Part shown: piece by piece, positions 1 to 8,110 of the stretch | Numbering within the stretch: the first letter of the stretch is position 1 | Layout of the letters: the number at the start of each line of letters is the position of its first letter | Origin: Hyphomicrobiaceae bacterium | GTDB lineage: Bacteria > Pseudomonadota > Alphaproteobacteria > Rhizobiales > Hyphomicrobiaceae | Direction: 5' to 3' | NCBI GenBank assembly: GCA_051985875.1 | Contig: JBPYEF010000077.1 | Span: 1-26,419 of the forward strand | Length of the DNA stretch: 26,419 bases | Notes under the pieces: model-generated | The model's input: the letters and a program-made list of their open reading frames with translations, nothing else | Told to the model about the DNA's origin: nothing | Databases searched by the model: none | Program-made: the position numbers and the translations under genes

Positions 1-205
1 GAAGTCGAGCCCTAGCCCGTCAGAACGCGCCCGAGATTGCCTTGCGCGTTTGCGCTTCGATGCCCTCGGGGAGGGGCCGCGCATCCGCCTCCGGGTCTGT
101 GGCCAGCTGTCCCGTAACGAACACGAATCCATCGGCCTCCACGGCATGACTGTAGGGCGCGACCGGCTTCGGCGCATTGGCCATGAAATGAAAGTGTGTT
201 GCCAT
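1..205 (-). pseudogene. RidA/YjgF/YER057c/UK114 family protein, 5' part. Appears frameshifted near the window edge and runs off the window.
   Basis: N-terminus reads MATHFHFMANAPKPVAPYSHAVEADGFVFVTGQL, a typical Rid 'P..PYS.AV...G.vfvsGQ' pattern. A GAGGA RBS overlaps the stop of the upstream ATPase. After EAQTRK the frame stops (ISGAF*), but Rid-like text continues as NLGRVLTG in a second frame and GLGLDF in a third. Confidence 0.7.
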
Positions 206-209
206 GTCC

Positions 210-1058
210 TCAGAGCCTCGTCTGCTGGCGGTTCAACGATCCCGCGTCTCCGGCGCCGTGCTGCACGCCACTGCCGGCGTAGCGGAGCAGGAACTGTCGG
301 GCACGATCGGTCGAGGGCGCCGAGAAGAACTGCCCCGGGGTTGCGGTCTCGACCACGCGCCCGCGGTCCAGAAACACGATCCGGCTCGCCGCCTCGCGGG
401 CAAAGCCCATTTCGTGCGTCACCACGATCATCGTCATGCCATCCTGCGCCAGCTGGCGCATGACCACCAGCACCTCGCCGACCAGCTCGGGGTCGAGCGC
501 GCTGGTCGGCTCGTCGAACAGCAGCAGCTCCGGACGCATGGCAAGGGCGCGGGCGATGCCCACCCTCTGTTTCTGACCGCCCGACAGTTTGGCCGGAAAC
601 ACATGCCTCTTGTCCACCAGGCCGACCTTGGCGAGCAGCGCCTCGGCTTCCTGGCGCACTTCGCCTTTGGGTCTGCGCTGCACCTGCACCGGCGCCTCCA
701 TCACGTTCTGTAGAACGGTCAGGTGTGGCCACAGGGCGAAGTGCTGGAAGACCATGCCGATGCGGGTGCGAATGCGGGACAGCTCCCTGTCGCTCATCAC
801 CACCCCGCCCATGGTCACGCCGATGCGCTCGCCGCTGAGGTGAACCTCGCCGCTGTCGGGCCGTTCCAGCCAATTGATGCATCTGAGCAGCGTCGACTTT
901 CCCGATCCGGACGGCCCGAGAAGGCATATCGTCTCGCCGCGGAAGACGCGAAGGCTGATGTCGTCCAGCACGGTCAGCGATCCGAACGCTTTCGAGATGC
1001 GCGCGATGGTCAGCACCGGACGACTGTCGTCCGCCGTCGCTGGCAGCTTTGCCGTCAT
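210..1058 (-). CDS. Polar amino-acid ABC transporter ATP-binding protein (GlnQ/HisP-like), 282 aa
   Basis: Walker A GPSGSGKS, signature LSGGQKQR, Walker B LLLFDEPTSALDPE, H-loop VTHEM. Start moved to the ATG at 1058, which forms an ATGA overlap with the permease stop. Confidence 0.95.
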   Translation of the reverse strand: MTAKLPATADDSRPVLTIARISKAFGSLTVLDDISLRVFRGETICLLGPSGSGKSTLLRCINWLERPDSGEVHLSGERIGVTMGGVVMSDRELSRIRTRIGMVFQHFALWPHLTVLQNVMEAPVQVQRRPKGEVRQEAEALLAKVGLVDKRHVFPAKLSGGQKQRVGIARALAMRPELLLFDEPTSALDPELVGEVLVVMRQLAQDGMTMIVVTHEMGFAREAASRIVFLDRGRVVETATPGQFFSAPSTDRARQFLLRYAGSGVQHGAGDAGSLNRQQTRL

Positions 1059-1711
1059 CGCCGTGCCTCGGCGAGGCGACCGATCGCAGCGACACCTGCC
1101 TCCACGGTCAGACACAGCAGCCAATAGAGCAGCACCGCGGTGATGAAGGCGGCAAACGGAATGTAGTGCCGCGACTGGATCGAGCTCGCAGCATGGGTCA
1201 GTTCCGGCAAGGCAATCACCGTCAGAAAGGCGCTGTCCTTGATCACCTGGATAATCTGATTGCCTACCATCGGCGCCGCCGACAGCAGCAGCGGCGGCAG
1301 CACGATGCGGCGAAAATGGCGTAGCCCGGTAAAGCCGAAGGCATAGCCGGCATCGATCGGCTCGCGCGGCTGGGCCGTCCAGGCCCCGCGCAGGATCTCG
1401 GCCATGTACGCGGTATTATAAATCGTCAGCGCCGCCAGCCCCGCCCGCCAGTTGTCGAGGTTGATGCCGAGCGAGGGGAAGCCGTAATAGACGATGTAGG
1501 CGAATAGCAGAAACGGGATGCAGCGCAGCGCATCGACGAGGCCGCCGGCAACGCGGCGATATCCGGGCTGCCGCGACATCAACAGGGTTGCCACCAGCGC
1601 ACCGAGGACGAGCGCGGCAGTAGTGGACACCAGGGACAGAACGATGGTGTTCTCAAGACCGCTGGCCAGCAGGTCGCGTTCGCGCCACACGACGGCGAAA
1701 TCGTGCATCAT
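1055..1711 (-). CDS. Polar amino-acid ABC transporter permease, 218 aa
   Basis: Hydrophobic TM segments, 'LRCIPFLL' motif and EAA-like loop YMAEILRGAW...DAGYAFG. ATGA overlaps at both ends. Confidence 0.93.
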   Translation of the reverse strand: MMHDFAVVWRERDLLASGLENTIVLSLVSTTAALVLGALVATLLMSRQPGYRRVAGGLVDALRCIPFLLFAYIVYYGFPSLGINLDNWRAGLAALTIYNTAYMAEILRGAWTAQPREPIDAGYAFGFTGLRHFRRIVLPPLLLSAAPMVGNQIIQVIKDSAFLTVIALPELTHAASSIQSRHYIPFAAFITAVLLYWLLCLTVEAGVAAIGRLAEARR

Positions 1712-2355
1712 TCCGTCGCCTCCGCCCGCGCGAGGCGGCGCTCCATCCAGCGCTGCACGGACACGATCGCGTAGACGATCGGCATGTAGATCGCCAGGGC
1801 AACGAGGAAGGGTGGCAGCGGTTCGTAGGTTTCAGCGCCGATGCGCACCGCCGCCCGCGTGATGTCGACGACCCCGACCACGGCGAGGACCGGGGTAACC
1901 TTGATCAGCAGCGACATCTCGTTGACCAGGGCGGGCAGGCTGACGCGAAATACCTGCGGCAGGACAATGCGGCGAAACCGCAGGCTCGCGGGCATGCCGA
2001 CCGACAAGGCCGCCTCGTACTGATCTTTTGGAAAATCCATCAGCGCCGCGCGCCAGATCTCGCAGTTGAAGGCCGAAGTGTTCATCACCAGGGCAAGGAT
2101 CGCGGCGTAGACGGCGCCAATGGGTACCCCAAGGTTGGGCAGCGCAAAGAACAGCAGCAGCAGCAGCGTCACCAGCGGCGTCGCGCGCAGGATGCTCACG
2201 TAAACCGTCACCAGCTGCGCCACGACGGGCAGGGCGGCCCACCGCGTCACGGCCAGCAGCAGGCCCAGCGGCAGCCCCAGCAGAATGCCGACGCAGGAGA
2301 GCGTCGCCGTCGTCGCGGCTCCCTGGAGAATCGTGAGGATATCGGCGGCGCTCAT
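1708..2355 (-). CDS. Polar amino-acid ABC transporter permease, 215 aa
   Basis: 'LRATPLVTLL' motif, EAA loop FNCEIWRAAL...QYEAALSVGM, several TM helices. Confidence 0.93.
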   Translation of the reverse strand: MSAADILTILQGAATTATLSCVGILLGLPLGLLLAVTRWAALPVVAQLVTVYVSILRATPLVTLLLLLFFALPNLGVPIGAVYAAILALVMNTSAFNCEIWRAALMDFPKDQYEAALSVGMPASLRFRRIVLPQVFRVSLPALVNEMSLLIKVTPVLAVVGVVDITRAAVRIGAETYEPLPPFLVALAIYMPIVYAIVSVQRWMERRLARAEATE

Positions 2356-2375
2356 CGTCCGCTGCTACGCGCTGC

Positions 2376-3227
2376 TCAAAACTCGGGCTCGAAGCTCAGC
2401 GGCAGGTTCGGAAACTCCTCACCAAACCACTTCTTCTGCAGCTCGGCGAACTTGCCGCTGGCCTTCTGCTTGGCGATGAACGCGTTCATGTAGGCGAGCA
2501 GATCGGCGTTGCCCTTCTTCAACGCCCAGGCCGGGAAGGACTTTCCCGACACCGCCTGGCCGATCTCGAACACGTTCGGCTTTTCGGCCGCCAGCGCCTT
2601 CAGGTTGATGATGGTATTGACGACAAAGTCCGTGCGCCCGAGCGCCAGATCCTGGTAGGCCTCCGGGTAGGAGGTGTATTCGACCACTTTGCCGAGCTTG
2701 CCGCCGTCCTGCTTCAGCATGGTCTCGAGCTCCGGCAGGCGCGCAAGAAGCGCGCTACCCGCCTGAATGCCGACCGTCTTCTCGTTCAGGTCCTTGATCG
2801 CATGGATACTGGTGTCGTTCTTGCGCTTGACGTAGTAGTGCGTCGCGTCGGCAATCGGGCTCGTGAAGTCGAGCGACTGCGTGCGCTCCTTGGTGATGAT
2901 TGCGGCGGTGATGGCGACGTCGTATTTGCCCGTGCTCACCCCGGCAAGCAATCCGGTCCACGGCAGGATCTCCTGCTTGATCTCAAACGGAGCGTCTTTG
3001 CGCAGTTCGTCGACCAGCTCGTTATCAAAGCCGGTCGGCTTGCCGTCCTTGACGAACTCGAAGGGACGAAAATCGTCCTCCGTCGCCACGACCATGTAGC
3101 CGCGCTGCTTGATTTCCTCGAGCGAGGCCGCCGACACGGGCGCGAGGGTGCCAACCAGCAGAATTGCGCCCGCCAGGGCGCTTAGCCCGAAGCCCCAGCG
3201 TGATGCTGCCACTGCGCTTGTGATCAT
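2376..3227 (-). CDS. Polar amino-acid ABC transporter substrate-binding protein (SBP family 3), 283 aa
   Basis: Signal-peptide-like N-terminus, then 'SLEEIKQRGYMVVATEDDFRPFEF..GKPTGFDNEL', 'W.GLLAGV.TGKYD' and 'LDFT.P'. Strong GGAGG RBS before the ATG at 3227. Confidence 0.93.
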   Translation of the reverse strand: MITSAVAASRWGFGLSALAGAILLVGTLAPVSAASLEEIKQRGYMVVATEDDFRPFEFVKDGKPTGFDNELVDELRKDAPFEIKQEILPWTGLLAGVSTGKYDVAITAAIITKERTQSLDFTSPIADATHYYVKRKNDTSIHAIKDLNEKTVGIQAGSALLARLPELETMLKQDGGKLGKVVEYTSYPEAYQDLALGRTDFVVNTIINLKALAAEKPNVFEIGQAVSGKSFPAWALKKGNADLLAYMNAFIAKQKASGKFAELQKKWFGEEFPNLPLSFEPEF

Positions 3228-3289
3228 GATCGCAAACCTCCTCTGTAACTGGGGTGCCCCCCGCGCCCGGCGCGAGGCGCGCGTTGCCG

Positions 3290-4126
3290 TCAATCGAACG
3301 TGAACCCGTGCTTGCGCAGGAAGACGGGAAAGGCTGCGCCCTCGGGCTTGGCCGCCTGCCGCGCCTTGTCTTCCGACCAGCCGTAGAGATCGACCGCCGG
3401 GTACTCCTCGGGCGAGCGATGCTGCTCCTTCGGAATGGAATGGAGCGCATCCCGGCGGCGGTCGTAGTCGGTGATCGCCGTGGCAAGTGCGCGATCATCG
3501 TACGCGTCGCGATGCATCGTCAGGGTGCGCGGTAGCCGCAGGCTGACGAAGCCCGAGCGCGCCGGATAGCCCACGCAAAGGCCGGCGACGGGAAACACCT
3601 TGTCGGGCAGCGCTAGGATTTCGGCGACCTGATCCACCTTGTTGCGGATGACGCTGATCGGACAGCAGCTGAGCCCCGCGCTTTCTGCCGCGAGGACGAA
3701 GGTCTGCAGCACCAGGGCCGCATCGACGGCGGCGTTGAAGAAGCCCTCGAGCGTGCCGTTGGCAACGGGCTTGCCGCGCAGCTCGCCGACACGCTCGAGG
3801 CGGCGCGCATCGCCGAGGAAGACGAAAAACACTGGAGCGGTGCCGATCCACGGCATGGCCGGAAAGAAAGCCGCGATGCGCGCCCGTTTGCCCGGATCGA
3901 GCACCCTCAGGATCGAGGCTTGCTGGAAGTCGGATTTGGCGGAGGCGCTGAGCGCTGCGGCGCACAACAGCGCCAGCAGGGCATCCGCCGGGACAACGTC
4001 GGTATACGCGCGCACGGTCTTGCGCCCGAGCACCTGGCGTACGAAGGGGAGCTCGGGGAGCTCCGCATCATCCGGGCCGCAGGCATCGTCGAACCGCCCG
4101 CGCAACTGTTGCGCGTAAGAACTCAC
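3290..4126 (-). CDS. Nitroreductase-family flavoprotein (NfsA/FRP-like), about 278 aa
   Basis: FMN-binding 'RKTVRAY', 'SASAKSDFQQASIL', 'AAVDAALVLQTFVLAAESAGLSCCPIS', 'FPVAGLCVGYP' and 'RLP..L.MH.D.YDD'. GTG start at 4126 preferred because it has an AGGGA RBS and lies downstream of the candidate sigma-54 promoter. The ORF-track start is 4171. Confidence 0.9.
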   Translation of the reverse strand: MSSYAQQLRGRFDDACGPDDAELPELPFVRQVLGRKTVRAYTDVVPADALLALLCAAALSASAKSDFQQASILRVLDPGKRARIAAFFPAMPWIGTAPVFFVFLGDARRLERVGELRGKPVANGTLEGFFNAAVDAALVLQTFVLAAESAGLSCCPISVIRNKVDQVAEILALPDKVFPVAGLCVGYPARSGFVSLRLPRTLTMHRDAYDDRALATAITDYDRRRDALHSIPKEQHRSPEEYPAVDLYGWSEDKARQAAKPEGAAFPVFLRKHGFTFD

Positions 4127-4174
4127 GGGGAGGATCCCTGTGTTGGTTGCGCAGCCGCACGCTTGGGCCATTCA

Positions 4175-4190
4175 TGCGACAAGCGTGCCA
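4175..4190 (-). promoter_or_regulatory. Candidate sigma-54 (-24/-12) promoter
   Basis: Minus strand reads TGGCACG-CTTG-TCGCA against consensus TGGCACG-N4-TTGCW. GG and GC have the exact spacing, with one mismatch. It lies about 50 bp upstream of the nitroreductase GTG. Confidence 0.55.
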
Positions 4191-4575
4191 AAGCCGCGCG
4201 TCTGCCGACGCGTTGCGCTGGCGGGGGTGACCGCGGGCCGCTCGCTCGATGGTTTCGTGCGCCTTCTCAGACCGTTAGCAAGCAGGCGAGCGGCAATGTG
4301 CGGTTCGATACCCGCGTGTGGCGGCGCGCCAATGCGCGCGGGGTAACCGGCTCCTGCCTGGCCCATAGGCGATTTGCCAAAGATTTGGTCGCTAAGCATC
4401 CGCACAGCTGCCCTGGAAAGACGCGGCCGGGGCATTGCCGTCTCGCGCCGCGCGTGGATGCGTTCGCCAGGAGCTGGCGGGCACGCGTCTTTGTGTTCTT
4501 CGGCCAGTGCACGCGCATCGCTGCGAGAGGGAACCTCCGGGGATCCCCCGCTACAGACGCGCGGCAGGGGCTCGA

Positions 4576-4609
4576 ATAAGCCCGCATAAGCATGTCGGCA
4601 GCCGACATG
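4576..4609. promoter_or_regulatory. Perfect 19-bp inverted repeat with an adjacent 10-bp-spaced direct repeat; possible regulator binding site or stem-loop
   Basis: CATGTCGGC-A-GCCGACATG at 4591-4609. ATAAGC occurs at 4576-4581 and 4586-4591. The site lies in a roughly 700-bp gene-free region. Confidence 0.45.
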
Positions 4610-4832
4610 AAGCAAAGTGGCGGAGCGGCTGTCACGCGCCGACGCGCACTCGCCTGCTCGCCCGCGCCTGCTGCAGAGCGGGAGCGCCCGTGACGCTGGG
4701 GAGGCCAGGTTCCGGCTCCCCCAACCGCCCGGCGTCCTCACCGGATCAAGGACTACTGCAAGGCGCGCTCGCCGGCGCAGAGGCTCCGCTGCCGATCCAG
4801 GCTAAGGCTGCCAAGGCGGGTTGCGCGCGGCA

Positions 4833-6710
4833 TCACCGCCGCGCCGGCGTCGAGGCGGCCTGGGGCGCGCCGGCCGGCGCCGGTGCGACGGCCGCCCCGG
4901 CGGCTAGGTTTTGCCCGAGGATGGCCATCAGCAGGCCGCCAACTCCCTCTTCGCCGCCGCCGCCGACTTGCACGTTGGGCACGAACTTCTGCGCGTTGGC
5001 CAAGGCCGCCGTGAGAACTTCCGGATGCGCGTTGGCAAACCGGGCGATGGTGTCGAGCATGAGCTCGAATTGCCGCAACTTCACCGTCGACTCCGGCCCG
5101 AGCACGCTCACCTGCTTCTGCTGGCCTTCGGAAATCAAGGACAACTTGTCACGCTCGCCCTGGCCTTCGTTGCGCGCAGCCTGTGCGTTCTGAACCGAGC
5201 GCTGCACGTTGATTTCCGAATCGACCAATTTGAACTGCTGGTCGGCGGTAGCCTTCGCTTTTTCGGAATCGACCCGCTTCTCCTGGGCGGCCTTTTCTTG
5301 AATGAACGCGCGTGCCAACTGCGTTGCGAGCTGTTCACGGCGAACGGCAACCAGCAGCTCGGGCGGGATGGCGGGCTCGCCCAACCGCACCTCGCGAATG
5401 GTCACACACGACTTCTGCGCCTCGGGGCGTATGCGGCGCTCGATCTCACCCTCGATCAGCGGCCGCTGATTGATGAGGTCGAGTACCTTGGTCGGCCGAT
5501 TGACCGTCACGAAGATCGGCTTGCCATCCTTGTCGAGGATCGGCTTGCCGTTCTCATCCACCTTGGCCTCTGTGATCTCGTAGCTGCCACCGGCCACGTC
5601 GCGGGTAATGGCGCGAATCGACGGCGTCAGCACGCGATCTTCGACTTGTTGCAGGGTACCGACGCCGGCCACCACGCACGATGCATCGGCGGGGGAAACC
5701 TGCGCCACAACGCGCAGCTCGAGGGGAACGTCCCAGCCCTCCATCTTCACGAACACCGCCACGTCGGCGTTGTCCTTGTCCTTGGGAACCTCGACTTCCG
5801 TCCGGTTCTGCACAATCTCACCCTTGGCGTCGACCGTGAGCGAGATGTTGGCGCGACGATAGCCCCCGGCATAGGTCCACACCTGCGCCCGCGTATCGAT
5901 CTCCGTCAGCGCGAACGCATCCGGGTTGAAGTAGTACCGGCCGGGTTGCAGCGACTTGTCCCAAACCCCGATGCAGCCGACCGGCACGATCGGCGCGTCG
6001 AGCTTGCCCTTATCATCGGGCTTGTTGCTCAAGACGACATCGCAGTTGTCCGGCTTGGTGGCCTTCAGGGTACCGAAGTCGACGTCCGCATGGACGTTCG
6101 ACTTGACGACGCCGACGAAGCCGGCCTTCACTTCCTTGGCATTGACCTCGGAAACATCCCACAGATAGCGATTGAGCCGGTATCTGCCGGGCGTGAGCAC
6201 GGTCAGCTGCGGACCGCGTTGCCCGCCATTCAAGAGGAAAGTCTCAGCATCGAGCATCAAATTGCCCATCTTCACCGGAAAGGGATCGGCAAAGGCCTGC
6301 CCGGGCCGCAGCGATGCCCCATCTTTCGCGGTCAATACGCCCACTCTTCCCTGTGGGATGTTGACCTCCTCCTTGCTGGTGTCGACGGCATAGAGCACGT
6401 TGACCAGTGGCCACGCGTGAAACCCGGGCGTCAGGATCTTCGCTTGCGGGCCGTTCTCCCCATGGACGGCAACAATCCGCCCCTCCGTGAGCGAACTGCC
6501 GCCATAGATGCGGAAGAGCTGGCCCAAATGCCCATCGGGGACATGGACGAATGACGTCGAGGCGACGGCAAAAAGGATTGCCAGCACGCCGATGACCCGC
6601 AGCGCCGTATCGGCGACTGCGCTTCGCATCGCTGGCGGCAACAGCGACGGGCCGCCAAATGCGATAATCGCCCCCAACAGCACGCCCAGCAGAAATCCGG
6701 TCATCTTCAT
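4833..6710 (-). CDS. SPFH (Band 7/flotillin-like) membrane protein with three N-terminal repeats and a C-terminal coiled-coil region, 625 aa
   Basis: Two N-terminal hydrophobic segments. Three 'V.vp.G.vG....G..G.....L.PG.y' modules. SPFH core 'VFVKMEGWDVPLELRV...VLTPSIRAITRD...TIREVRLGEPAIPPELL'. Ala/Glu/Gln-rich helical tail. GAGGGAG RBS before the ATG at 6710. Confidence 0.88.
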   Translation of the reverse strand: MKMTGFLLGVLLGAIIAFGGPSLLPPAMRSAVADTALRVIGVLAILFAVASTSFVHVPDGHLGQLFRIYGGSSLTEGRIVAVHGENGPQAKILTPGFHAWPLVNVLYAVDTSKEEVNIPQGRVGVLTAKDGASLRPGQAFADPFPVKMGNLMLDAETFLLNGGQRGPQLTVLTPGRYRLNRYLWDVSEVNAKEVKAGFVGVVKSNVHADVDFGTLKATKPDNCDVVLSNKPDDKGKLDAPIVPVGCIGVWDKSLQPGRYYFNPDAFALTEIDTRAQVWTYAGGYRRANISLTVDAKGEIVQNRTEVEVPKDKDNADVAVFVKMEGWDVPLELRVVAQVSPADASCVVAGVGTLQQVEDRVLTPSIRAITRDVAGGSYEITEAKVDENGKPILDKDGKPIFVTVNRPTKVLDLINQRPLIEGEIERRIRPEAQKSCVTIREVRLGEPAIPPELLVAVRREQLATQLARAFIQEKAAQEKRVDSEKAKATADQQFKLVDSEINVQRSVQNAQAARNEGQGERDKLSLISEGQQKQVSVLGPESTVKLRQFELMLDTIARFANAHPEVLTAALANAQKFVPNVQVGGGGEEGVGGLLMAILGQNLAAGAAVAPAPAGAPQAASTPARR

Positions 6711-6746
6711 CTCCCTCGTCGACGCCACCCCATGTGGCACGGACCT

Positions 6747-6795
6747 CAAGGCGGGCCCCAAGGCGGCCCCAAGACGGCCCCAAGGCGGCCCCAAG
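6747..6795. repeat. 11-bp tandem repeat (CAAGGCGGCCC consensus, about 4.4 copies), which gives four GGGG tracts on the minus strand
   Basis: CAAG recurs at 6747, 6759, 6770, 6781 and 6792. CCCC runs lie at 6756-6759, 6767-6770, 6778-6781 and 6789-6792, separated by 7-nt spacers (AAGGCGG, AAGACGG, AAGGCGG). Confidence 0.92.
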
Positions 6796-7069
6796 TGGCA
6801 TGTACCCCCGAGCCACCCTGCCGCATCTTGTTTACTCTAGGAAAGCTAAGGAGAAAATTAGCGTTAGGGATGGGACGGGCGGGGTGGCGCGCACACGGCC
6901 GCCGCGCACCTGCGATGCCCTGATAGGCGCGCACGTGCGCCCCGCGCCGACCACTGCGCGCGGGGCGGCCCCGTCCGGGGCGGGCCTTAGAGCGCTGCGG
7001 TGCGCGCCCGTTGGCCGTATGGCGCCGCTGTGCTTAGGTGCCGCTGTTCCTTAACCATGGGGAAGCGCC

Positions 7070-7888
7070 GTGCTCAGTCTCAAGGACAAGGTCGCGTTCG
7101 TATCGGGCGCCGGGTCGGTTGGCGATGATGCCGACGCCAGCGTCTGGGGCAATGGCAAGGCGACGGCCGTGCTGCTGGCGCGGCAAGGCGCGAAGATCTA
7201 CGGCGTCGACGTGCGCAAGGACGCCGCCGACGCCACCAAGACCATCATCGAGCGCGAGGGCGGCATCTGCCGCACGCGCGCCGTCGACATGACCCGGGCG
7301 CGAGAGGTTGAGGCCGCGGTCGCCGATTGCATGCGGGAGTTCGGCCGCATCGACATCCTCATCAACAACGTCGGCGGCTCGGCACCCGGCAGCGCGGTGA
7401 CCATGAGCGAAGAGGTCTGGGACGCGCAGATCAACCACAACCTGAAAACCGCTTTCCTCGGCTGCAAGTACGTGCTGCCGATCATGGAGCAACAGGGATT
7501 TGGCGCGATCGTCAATCTCGCATCGGTCGCCGGTCTGCGCATGGCCGCCGACCGGGCGCACGTCGCCTATTCGACCAGCAAGCTCGGCATGCTCGCTTTT
7601 TCCCGGTCGACGGCAATCTCCTACGCCAAGAAGGGCATTCGCTGTAACACGGTTATCCCTGGGCTGATGCACACCGCGCTTGTCGAGCATCGCCTGGCCA
7701 AGACCATCGCCGGCAATGACGTGCGCGGGCTCATCGACAAGCGCAATGCACAATGCCCAACCGGCAAGATGGGCGATGCATGGGACGTAGCGCATGCGGT
7801 TTTATTCCTCGCTTCCGACGAGGCCCGCTATATCACCGCGGCCGAGATCCTGGTCGACGGTGGCCTGACGGCGAGTGGTGCGGGCTGA
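7070..7888 (+). CDS. SDR family NAD(P)-dependent oxidoreductase, 272 aa
   Basis: Gly-rich loop with an insertion (SGAGS-VGDDADASVW-GNG), NNVG, catalytic YSTSK, 'IRCNTVIPG' and 'FLASDEARYIT...VDGG'. GTG start with GGGGAAG upstream. Confidence 0.95.
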   Translation: MLSLKDKVAFVSGAGSVGDDADASVWGNGKATAVLLARQGAKIYGVDVRKDAADATKTIIEREGGICRTRAVDMTRAREVEAAVADCMREFGRIDILINNVGGSAPGSAVTMSEEVWDAQINHNLKTAFLGCKYVLPIMEQQGFGAIVNLASVAGLRMAADRAHVAYSTSKLGMLAFSRSTAISYAKKGIRCNTVIPGLMHTALVEHRLAKTIAGNDVRGLIDKRNAQCPTGKMGDAWDVAHAVLFLASDEARYITAAEILVDGGLTASGAG

Positions 7889-8110
7889 TCGCATCGCGGG
7901 GATTGAGTCCGCTCGCCCCGACGCGGCGCTCGGCGCGCGCCTAAAGGCCGCGCTGTTGCTGTTGCCGCAGCGGGCCACGACCAACGCGTTGCACCTGCCG
8001 GCAACGGGCCGCCTATCGCAGGCAAGGGTTGTGTGCCTAAGCTTGGCGCAGGCGAAATTCGACGCCCAGGGGCGTCGCGGTCGGAGGCAGAGATGGCGGC
8101 AGGAGAAGCG

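Noticed and set aside
4172-4741. Intergenic ORFs (189 aa and 122 aa on minus, 252 aa on plus)
   Set aside because: Arg/Ala/Pro-rich, low-information translations with no clear RBS or domain pattern.
4911-6554. Long plus-strand ORF (547 aa), and similar long ORFs at 7802-9127, 10826-12256, 12548-14062, 15276-17012, 17554-19221 and 21154-23052
   Set aside because: They lie antisense to well-supported genes and have no recognisable motifs. Such shadow ORFs are expected from codon bias in high-GC DNA.
6734-6750. TGGCACG resembling a sigma-54 -24 box near the SPFH start
   Set aside because: There is no GC at the -12 position, and it is on the opposite strand from the adjacent SPFH gene.
6939-6981. 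GC-rich hairpins (6939-6966, 6968-6981) and similar ones at about 12315-12410 and 25514-25525
   Set aside because: Stems are almost entirely G/C with no U-tract, which is expected by chance at this GC content.
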